A DNA stretch of 64,000 nucleotides from Octopus vulgaris (Eukaryota): assembly GCA_951406725.2 (NCBI GenBank), contig OX597826.1:62558001-62622000 (forward strand). The letters run 5' to 3'. Positions within the stretch are counted from its first letter, which is position 1. The number at the start of each line of letters is the position of its first letter. Below the pieces are notes generated by a model, which ran no database searches, was not told the origin of the DNA, and worked only from the letters and a program-made list of their open reading frames with translations. Of this stretch, positions 53,871-64,000 are shown piece by piece. The position numbers and the translations under genes were made by a program.

Positions 53871-54613
53871 ACAGACTGACATATATTGAATATGTACATA
53901 CGTAATAAGAAATTTATATGCATACACACCCACACACATACATGTACGTAAGTACACACACACCTACACAAGTACGTATGAATTTCTTTAGTACATACAT
54001 ATATATTAATACGTGCACTCCTGCAGATCATCCTGAAGAGATAAATACGTATACTTAGATCTGCACAATCAGAATAAGTGTACAAGCGGTGAAGCGATCA
54101 GAACCATCAGAGCAGGAAACGAAATTGCATATTTTATTCTATTTAGTTTCATCTCTGTTAGTTGTGAATGGAAATTAAGTCGGATATGGTGTATATCTTA
54201 CAGTTGGTGCTTCTTTGATGTGGTGACGGCGTTGATGCAATAATCACCTGATCGGTTCTCGCGTTGAGCTGAACTTCTTTACTGCCAACAATATCGATAT
54301 TTCTTCGCTGGACTGGTGCTGGAACCAATGCCTCGTGGTATATATGTTTTCGGCGTTCGTCTTCTTGGTTCAAATCCGGTTGTGATCAACTTAGCATTTC
54401 ATTGATCGAGAGCTAGATAGGTAGGTAGATAGATAGACGGATGGATGGATATAGGATCATTATCGCACACACAGGCACATACACGCATACGCACGCACAC
54501 ACGCACATACACACACACACACACACATTAATATAACAAATTTTGCGCGTGGCAGTTCCGTATACGAATTTAACACTGTTACATATGCAAAGTCAATATC
54601 AATTCCTTGCTTA

Positions 54614-55020
54614 GGGCGGCGAGCTGGCAGAAACGTTAGCACACCGGGCGAAACGCTTAGCGGTATCTCGCCTGCCGCTACGTTCTGAGTTCAAATTCCG
54701 CCGCGGTCGACTTTGCCTTTCATCCTTTCGGGATCGCGGTCGATTAAATAAGTAACATTTACGCACTGGGGTCGATATAATCGACTTAATCCGTGTGTCT
54801 GTCCTTGTTTGTCCTCTCTGTGTTTTGCCCCTTGTGGGTAGTAAAGAAATAGGTAGAAATCTGCCGCTATGTTGAGTTCAAATTCCACCGAGCTCGACTT
54901 TTTTGCCTTTCATCCTTTCGGAATCGATAAAAGACGCACCAGTTGAGTACTGGAGTTGAGGCATTCGACTAACCCCCCTCCCTTGAAATTTAAGGCCTCA
55001 TTCCCAAATTTTAAACCAAT
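54614..55020 (+). mobile_element. SINE family A full copy (54614-54851) joined to an older partial copy with alternative tail
   Basis: Ends GGGTAGTAAAGAAATA, then GGTAGAAATCTGCCGCTATGTTGAGTTCAAATT.., ending CCCAAATTTTAAACCAAT. Confidence 0.9.
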
Positions 55021-55829
55021 ATCAACTTCTTATTGACAATTATAGCGCAAGTTTGCGGTACCTCGGATCTACTTGGTTTATCTTGATGATTATTTTATTG
55101 ACCCAAGAAAAATTAATGCAAAATCTGCCTCGGTACAACACAAAATTAAAACACAAGGCGTAAATATTCCAAGGCATTTGTTACAAGCGATCATATGATT
55201 TTCTTAATGCAGGCGTTGATAAACCAATATTCGAATTATGAGGAATTTAGGATGCTTTTGGATTACTGTATGTCATACTAACAGCATTGAATTCTACATG
55301 TGTAACGATAAAGTTCAGCCTGTATAGTTGAAGGAAATTATTTCCTGTACTGTGGTGTAAGATGTCTTTAAAACTTACTGTGTATGAAAACGTTTACCTA
55401 ATAATTATTAGAAGCGACACTGTTTACGTAGTTAAGATAGACATATCTCCAAATGAGACAATGGTTACCTAAAGAAATATAAACATATCATGTCAAATAT
55501 AGCTAACGATAGCGAGTGAATATATTTAATATACATGTATGCATAATATACATATAGCATATCAACGCATTCAGTACAGTTTCTCATCAATATGATTCGT
55601 TCCGAATAGACATAAACATATAGAATGAGATAGAAAGTGGGCATAGAGTCAGTGAAATATTGTCTACTTACATTCGTTAAAATGAAATATTACTTTCCAA
55701 AATGTCCCACACAATTTTATGACTGACACGTCTATTGTGTTTATGAGCAAATATATGATACGGCAATAATACTAAATCATGTGCATGAAAAAATATACGT
55801 GTGTATGTTTATCTATAAAGATATTCTAT

Positions 55830-55928
<99 letters not shown>

Positions 55929-56002
55929 TTAATAATAATAACAACAACAACAACAACAACAACAATAATAATAATAATAATAATAATAATAGTAATAATA
56001 AT

Positions 56003-56215
56003 CAAAAGACAGTGCTCATGGGAACTGCTCATATCCTACGCAAAATACTCTCTATGTAATCCCAAGGTTTAAAACAAACTTTTTTTTTTAAAATTTTATT
56101 TTTATGTATTAGACATTCACTAGTACAACACAGAACTTCCAACCTGTTGTCTCTTGAGGTCTCTGGGTGAGACTTGGAGCCAACTTGTACAGACATAAAG
56201 CAAAAGTCAAACATA

Positions 56216-56216
<1 letters not shown>
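56003..56216 (+). mobile_element. 5'-truncated Dong/R4 3' end inserted in (TAA)n
   Basis: QKTVLMGTAHILRKILSM* plus 3'UTR, with (TAA)n on both sides. Dong elements are known to target TAA repeats. Confidence 0.82.
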
Positions 56217-56289
<73 letters not shown>

Positions 56290-56578
56290 TTAATAATAAT
56301 AATAATGATAACAATAATAATCGTTCCCCAGCTCCCGCCCACGCTGTCGCGCTTCCCCTTACCTCTCCAGCACCACCCACCTCTTCGACACCCATCATCG
56401 ACCCTATCATATCATGTATGCGTGTGTGTGTGTGTGTGTATGTGTGTGTGTGTGTGTGTGTGTGTCAGTTCCCTTTTGCCATTTTATAACCAGTACATAG
56501 AAAAACAAACTGCCTTTAATGAATGAATGAATTAATCAATTAATAAACATTAGCTAAATACTTTTGTACGCTTGAGTG

Positions 56579-56613
<35 letters not shown>

Positions 56614-56682
56614 GCATACATATATTTTTCACACATTCACATATATATGTATCTATGTCTATATATATATATATATGTATGC

Positions 56683-56762
<80 letters not shown>

Positions 56763-57153
56763 ATATGTATATGTATGTATATATGTATGTCAATATATAT
56801 TTAACAAGCCAACAATGGCAAAACTACGATTTACATTTAATTAGCCTGATAAGACAACCGTTATCCAATAAGTCCATTTAGATTTACATGTACAAGACCA
56901 GCCAATGGAAATTCAATTAATCAGAAATCAATTTTAACGAACTACGAAACCATCTAAATGTAATTAAAGTCAATAAATTAAATAACTAAATAACTAAATA
57001 TAATTTTCCGTTTATAACACCATAACTGCACCCACCATAACACACAAGCTACTCCAAAGTTATTGCCATTCCTCCACCCGTACTAATTCTAATACAACTA
57101 GTTTTTAAATTGGACCAAGTACAGTTGAGAGACAGCAAAAGTCTTATTTACAA

Positions 57154-57555
57154 CTAGCAGTATCGCCCGGCGTTGCTCGGGTTTGTAAGGGAAATAACTA
57201 TATAAGCATTTTTAGAGAGTTATAGCCAAAAAATAGCCAAGAAAATGCATCAAAAATGGAAAAAAATTATGGTAATTTTTTTAAAATGGTTGACTCATCG
57301 TAGACATTTTTAGAGAGTTACTTCCCTTATATAATAGCGAAAAAATGCATTAAAATGGAAAGAAATGATGGTAAATTATTTTTAAAATCGTAGACTCATC
57401 GTAGACGCGCGCTAATACCCAGACAGGCTCGATATGAATCACGACTATAAGATACCCGAATTTGGTTAAACTGCACCGCAAAATGTGGGAGTGGTTAGGA
57501 ATCTAAATCGTAGGAGACAGACACTCACACAACTTCACTTGTATATATATAAAGA
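57154..57555 (-). mobile_element. Non-autonomous Helitron
   Basis: Minus strand: 5' TCTTTATATATA, 3' CCCG-AGCAACGC-CGGG hairpin plus CTAG|T. Contains an internal duplicated block. Confidence 0.75.
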
Positions 57556-57649
57556 TATATTTAATATCATCCTCATCATTACCATCACCATTACCATCAT
57601 CATAATCGTCCTCATCGCCGTCGTCGTCGCCAGAAAAATCTGTACATTA

Positions 57650-57888
57650 GGTTATCGAGTCCTCTGGCTCATAGTACCGATTTCCTGGTTTCCAAGGCGC
57701 ACGAGAGACCGAAATCACAACACTCCCCCTAAACGCATCATCAGTCCATCGTATGGTTATTAAATTTGAGCTGAATTGACTGGAAGTGCTTTGCTCTTGA
57801 ACACAACGCCTCACCCGTTCAAGGAATAGAAAAGACAATGCGGCGACCATGGGTGCAACACCTTACTAACCACTAGGCCATGCCCTCA
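57650..57888 (-). mobile_element. Old tRNA-derived SINE (third family)
   Basis: Minus-strand head GGGCATGGCCTAGTGGTTAG and CORE-like GTTGTGTTCAAGAGCAAAGCACTT. Related fragment at 51690-51830 (+). Confidence 0.55.
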
Positions 57889-58440
57889 TTCTTTAATACC
57901 CTATGAATTCATAATACGAACATTTTGCAGATTTGGTGTTCAAAAATTTGTCCAACTAAACATTGTTTCATTGAGTCATTTACTAACAAATATCTTAGAT
58001 TAATACTTCACCTCTGGCTATTTGAAAGACCGATAGCCCTATTAATTTTTATTTTTCTTCATTTAGGCTATTACACAAGCGACATGTTATCTGAAAATTC
58101 TACTGTTCTGTATACCTTATGTTAGGTTGACAGTTTTACGTTTCGTGATTTCCGCAGTAAAACATTGGCTTTCCGACAGCGACACCAGCAAACTGGATAC
58201 GGTCAACTAGCTCTGCATCTTGGCAGTTGTCGTTAGAAATCAAACAATACAAGTATTTAAACTGGTTTGACATATGCATAGAATGACTCGTGAACAGGAT
58301 GTACGAAGTTCACGTCTCCGCTGTTCAGTCTTAGGTGATATAATGCTTCAGTCTCATTTACATCAATGCATAAGCACTGAAGATCTGTTGCAGCACATTT
58401 AAAATGGTTTTTCTGAATATCTTTAGGAAAATTTCTATTA

Positions 58441-58842
58441 GGCGCAGGAATGGCTGTGTGGTAAGTAGCTTGCTTACCAACCACATGGTTCCGGGTTCAG
58501 TCACATTGCGTGGCATCTTACGCAAGTGTCTTCTACTTTACCATCGGGCCGAACAAAGCCTTGTGAGTGGATTTGGTAGACGGAAACTGAAAGAAGCCCG
58601 TCGTATATATGTATATATATATATGTGTGTGTGTGTTTGTGTTCATCCCCTTAGCATTGCTTGACAACCGATGCTCGTTCGTTTATGTCTCCGTCACTTA
58701 GCAGGTCGGCAAAAGAGACCGATAAAATAAGTACTAGGTTTATAAAGAATAAGTCCCGGGGTCGATTTGCTCGACTAAAGGCGTTGCTCCTGCATGGCCG
58801 CAGACAAATGACTGGAACAAGTAAAAGAGTAAAAGAGTAAAG
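58441..58842 (+). mobile_element. SINE family B, full length
   Basis: GGCGCAGGAATGGCTGTGTGGTAAG...GTAAAAGAGTAAAAGAG. Confidence 0.92.
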
Positions 58843-59777
58843 AAAGTAGTTCTGAATCAATAGCGAAAATAATCGTCAATATGTATGTCGAGGCACTTCT
58901 AATTGAATCATGTTATACATAGGTTCAAAAACCACCATCCACGCTTGAGTGAGTACACACCCTGCTATCGCGGTTCCACCCCATGATTTGAAGCCAGGTA
59001 CCCAGAAATAACGGAATCAACGTTCGAAAAAGTATACAGCCTCTGGTTTACACCATTGTTCTCTAAGAAGATCGAAGCCTGTACGTGTATTGTTGATAAA
59101 TATTCAGAAGAGTAAATACATCGGTAGATTGTTTGAGTGTCCATGTGTTTGAGAGAGAGAGAGAGAGATTGTCAGGGTGAGTTTGAAGGAAGACAAAAGG
59201 AATGTGTTCATGTGGTCGTCTATCACAAAAGAGCCAGTTATGAAATAGTAAGTGATAAATAGAATGTATAATATATGTTATGACAAGCGTGTGAATGTGA
59301 AGGTGAACTGTATGGCGTATAAAAAGACATTCACAATGAATTATAGAAATATATGAGCTACGAATCCTATATGGAATTCAGTTACAAACATTGTTCCATT
59401 CAAAAGTGAACATTCCATTTGCAGAACGATAAAAACAAGAGATATGTTGCACTTTTAAGTTATCTGGTACCTTGTTATTTGCGTCTGGTTGAGGTGCGGC
59501 TATTTGTTTTAAGTGAATCGAAATGGAAAAAAAGCCTCTCAGAATTGTCTGAATTTCATTGGAACTAAAAATTTACGACGTGCTAAATAAAGAAATATTG
59601 TCCGTTATGACAAGTTTTTGGTTTAACATTGCGTTAGTTTATGTGATGTATGACACAATAACTTGAAAAATTCTAAAAATACATGTGCAAATTTTAACAC
59701 CACGGACAAAGAGAAAAAGAGGAGGTGGCGAGGAAGAGACAAACAGAGAGACAGATGGTGAGATAAGCAGGCAGACG

Positions 59778-59826
<49 letters not shown>

Positions 59827-59984
59827 CGGGCAGTTTGACAGTTGGAATTTCATAAAAATAGAGAAGGAAAAACTTTCCAGGCAGCAACAAATTATTCTGC
59901 TTTCCAAATTCATCGACCTACTGTGATAACAACATGTGTTACAACCTCTCAACTGACAGCAGCGACAACAGCGGCGCTAAAGAA

Positions 59985-60023
59985 GTAGTTGTAGTGGCAG
60001 CAGCAGCGGTAGTAGTAGTATTT

Positions 60024-60100
<77 letters not shown>

Positions 60101-60104
60101 GGTG

Positions 60105-60138
<34 letters not shown>

Positions 60139-60187
60139 CAGCAGTAGTAGTAGTAGTAGTAGCAGCAGCAGCAGCAGCAGCAGCAAC

Positions 60188-60231
<44 letters not shown>

Positions 60232-60319
60232 AAACAGCAGCAGTAGTAGTAGTAGTAGTAGTAGTAGTTGTAGTAGTAGTAGTAGTAGCAGGAGCAACAG
60301 CAGCAACAGCAGCAGCAGC

Positions 60320-60390
<71 letters not shown>
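59985..60390. repeat. Compound (TAG/CAG/TGG)n trinucleotide repeat
   Basis: Directly visible. Similar tracts at 9040, 20543, 33368 and 47520. Confidence 0.95.
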
Positions 60391-60391
<1 letters not shown>

Positions 60392-60419
60392 TACTTTGAT
60401 TTCTTATGAGTTTCTTTCC

Positions 60420-61057
60420 TTTAAAAATCGACACGAACTTTCCGGACAACCCAATAGTTCGCGGCTGAAACTTTATTTGATCGACCCTCGAGGGATGAAA
60501 GGCACAGCAGCTGATGACGGTTATATCTCAAATGAGAATGTAAAGACTTGGAACTGAGTGCTGCAAACTCTTTTATCCAATGCTCTATTCTGCAAACAAA
60601 ACCTCCTACCATAATAATTATAACAATTATATGTTTTACAAATTTGGAAACGAGGCTAGTAATTTCGGAGTCGATTACACCAACCCCAGTACTCAGCTGG
60701 TACTTATTTTATCGATCCCCAAAAGATGAAAGGCACAGTCGAGCTCGGCCAGAATTTGAACTCAGAACTTAAGGACAAGCGAAATATCTCTAAGCATTTT
60801 GCCTGGTGCGGTAATGATTTCTACCAGTTCAATAATAATGATAATAATAATCCTTTCGACCATAGGCAGAAGGTCAGAAATTTTGTGGGAAGTGGGATAG
60901 TCGATCACATCGATCCCATTACGTAACTGGTCCTTAATTTATCGACCCAGAAAGGATGAAAGGTAAGGTCGACCTCGGTGGAATTTGAACGTAGCGGCAG
61001 ACGATATACCGCTTAGCATTTAGCCCCGCGTTTTAACGAGTTTGCTAGCTTGCCGCC
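60420..61057 (-). mobile_element. Three SINE family A copies head-to-tail
   Basis: TCGA..CC..GATGAAAGG cores at ~60480, ~60712 and ~60942, with divergence increasing leftwards. Confidence 0.75.
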
Positions 61058-61069
61058 TCAACAACAACT

Positions 61070-61742
61070 ACAAGAGTTGGCCAATATCTACAGTGGTTAT
61101 TATATCGGCATAGTAAGATCAAAACTGCTGACAAATGGTACAAACACCTCCATGTGGCTATAACTGAGGGAGAAAATGGAACGATTCTTTGGGATTTTTC
61201 AGTAGATACAAACCGGACAATGAAAGCTTATAAACCAGATATTGTTGTGAAAGACTAAAACAATAAAACTTGTTTATTGATTGACAAGGGCATACCTTGT
61301 GATTATAATATCTCGGCAAAAGAATTTGGTAAGACCAGAAAGCATGAAGATTTCCTGATTGAAATCGAAACAATGTGGCATCTCAAGACAGTGATTGTAG
61401 GAGGACTTGGAATGATCAAAAAAGGAACTGAGAATTATTTGAGGATGATCCCGGCGTACCATTCATGCAGAGAGTGCAGAAGATTGTTGTAACCGGTACG
61501 TCACACGTATATAGAAAAGCATTGTCGCTGTGAATTTTCTTTCCTTTTTATTCTTTATTTTCTTTGTTTTCTATTTCATTTATTTCTTTTTTCATTTTTC
61601 CCTTTTTCTCCCTGTCCTCCAGCCTTCCTTCCTTTCACGTCGTGTCTTTATTTTAATGGCCTACCAAGATATACGGTGAGTTACTTTGCCCTACGAGTCG
61701 GGAAGCCACTCGGCAAGAAACGTAAACAAAAATTACGAGGAG

Positions 61743-61793
<51 letters not shown>
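61070..61793 (+). mobile_element. Dong/R4 C-terminal restriction-like endonuclease fragment, 3'UTR and (TAA)n tail
   Basis: ..KWYKH..TILWDF..KPDIVVKD..CLLID..P.DYNISAKE..K..K..L.IEIETMWHLKTVIVGGLGMIKKG..TGTSHVYRKALSL*, then (TAA)n. Confidence 0.88.
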
Positions 61794-61797
<4 letters not shown>

Positions 61798-61985
61798 TGA
61801 TGATGATGATGATGATGATGAAAAAGAACTTGTTATGAATCACGTTCCTGACTAACCCCGTAACAAAAATTAAATCCAACAGTTCAATTTTCCAAACGGA
61901 AACATTTACCTTGCTCTCAAATTTTGTTCAATGGATCATTGTTACATCTTTTCACTATTTTATTATTATCATCTTCGTTTCAATC

Positions 61986-62017
<32 letters not shown>

Positions 62018-62118
62018 AATCATCATCCCCTTCATCACCGTCCTCGTCATATTCGTCACCATCATCTTCATCACCGTCGACATCAACATCAGCATCACCA
62101 TCATCATTGCTATTATTA

Positions 62119-62164
<46 letters not shown>

Positions 62165-62336
62165 CATCATCATCATCATTATCATTATCATCATCATAAT
62201 CATTATTATTATCATTATTATCATCATCATTATTATTATTATTATTACTACTACTACTTCTACTACTACTACTGCTGCTGCTGCTAGTTGTTATTATTAA
62301 TATTATTATTATTATTATCATTATTATTATTATTAA

Positions 62337-62388
<52 letters not shown>

Positions 62389-63734
62389 TAATTATCGCTT
62401 TTGTTCATTCCTTATTTTTACGGGATTTCGTTTCTTTGTTTCTTTATTTAAATTATTTCGTCGTTCTAAAAGTATTGGAATGGGGGGTGCAGGTGGGGAA
62501 TGCCAGGAAAATCGAAAAAGGGAAAAGAAACATAATAAAAAAAGAAAGAAAAAGAAACTTTTTAAAGAAACAAGGCAAATAACTGCCTCGGCATTGATAT
62601 AAATCTGATTATTTTCTGCATTTAAGCACTTCAATTGATAATGGCCCAAGAATCAATAGTCTCACGTGCTTGGAAATGGAAACCAATCTCCAGTTTGCAT
62701 TATTGTTTAAATTGAAAAAGAAGGCAATATTTTTGCCTCCCAAAACATATTATTTCCTTGTTTTCTTCTTTATTTATTTTATGAATTTTTTGTTGTTTTT
62801 TTTGGGTTTTTTTTGATGATGCAGGATGTTGTACAGTTTTAATGTTTATATCAGGTTTTATTGTTCCCTCCAAAATTATAATGCGGTGCTCCTTGTTATC
62901 CCTCAATTCATAAAATGATTTTCCTCTTTATATTTTGCAGTCAATTATTTATTCAGTTCTAATTTTGTTTATTTTTTTGTGTGTTTCGCTTGCTTGCTGT
63001 TTTCTTTTCTTTATTTTTGAATTTGTTTATATTCTTCTTAAGAATGGCAAATGGCCGAGTATGTACAATATGAATAGAAACACCGAGTGTTGGAATATTT
63101 AGCTTCAGTGATTCCATCGGCTTGTCGCGCTTACAAAACATAATCAACGCAAGGAACATGTATTTCTATGCCTCTTTGCTTTCTTAAAATATATAACAAA
63201 TTTTACGTTTGGATCGAGTGTGTTTTCTGAAAAAATTCAACATGTAAGATAAAACGCATGACGTGAGAATCGCGAGAGAAATAAAATCAAAAGAAAACAA
63301 CAAAACTAGTCATAAAATAAAGAACTAAGGAGAAAATGGTATCACACATTACTATACTATGGTGATGATATAAGAGATCTCAATAAGACAAATATATGAA
63401 AGAAAAAGGTGAATACAGTGGATATAGGTAAAGAAAATTTGCAGCATTGTTTGAGACGTGTAGGAATAAACATTTGAGACGGAAGGATATTTCATTGCGA
63501 ATCAATGCCAAATTCTTCTTAGCAGAAACTAATAGAAGGCTAATTATGAGGATGTGAGCAGTCTGGATATCCAAAATTTATATGTCACAGTGACAAAATA
63601 AGGAATTTCAAATTCACTGCATTCAAAATGTCGGTTGGTTTACTTCCTTTAAAATATATTTAAAAACGATTATTCGTTTCGTAAATGAAGTGATTTAAAC
63701 ATAATGTAGTACAAAATTTCTATTAAAAATATAA

Positions 63735-63880
63735 GAGTTTTGCTTCCCAACCGCATGATTCTGGATATAATCCTACTGTGCATGGTAGCTTGAGCGAGTG
63801 TCTTCTACCATATCTTCGAGACAACCAAAGATTTGTGAGTGGATCTTTTTAACAGACAAAGCTGAAACAAACCTACGATA
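63735..63880 (+). mobile_element. Old SINE family B 5' part
   Basis: TTGCTTCCCAACCGCATG..GTGTCTTCTACCATA..TTTGTGAGTGGAT. Confidence 0.6.
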
Positions 63881-64000
63881 TGTATGTATCTATGTATGTA
63901 TGTATGTAAGTATGTATGTATGTATGTACGTACGTATGTATGTATGTATGTATGTATGTATGTATGTATGTATGTATGTATAGATAGATAGATATATAGA

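Overview
AT-rich eukaryotic non-coding DNA saturated with microsatellites [(TA)n, (TATC)n, (TACA)n, (TAA)n, (TAG)n, (CA)n] and transposable-element debris. The tRNA-derived SINE families and microsatellite load suggest an octopus/cephalopod genome (inference). I found no supportable host exon, rRNA or true tRNA; nearly all ORFs in the track are microsatellite read-through. Real coding remnants are all TE-derived: mariner and Tc1 transposase pseudogenes, R4/Dong-clade RT and restriction-like endonuclease fragments, a Tx1/L1-clade 3' end, an RTE 3' end and a Penelope GIY-YIG endonuclease. Three structures stand out. (1) At least seven minimal type-I hammerhead ribozyme motifs lie in short Penelope-like cassettes, mostly beside or inside (TA)n and often arranged as long fold-backs. 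(2) One SINE variant has a 3' tail matching the 3' end of a (TATC)n-embedded Tx1-like LINE, and a subfamily of it joins older SINE copies at the same internal site twice. (3) Different retroelement clades appear to occupy different microsatellite motifs. All alignments and pairings were done by eye.
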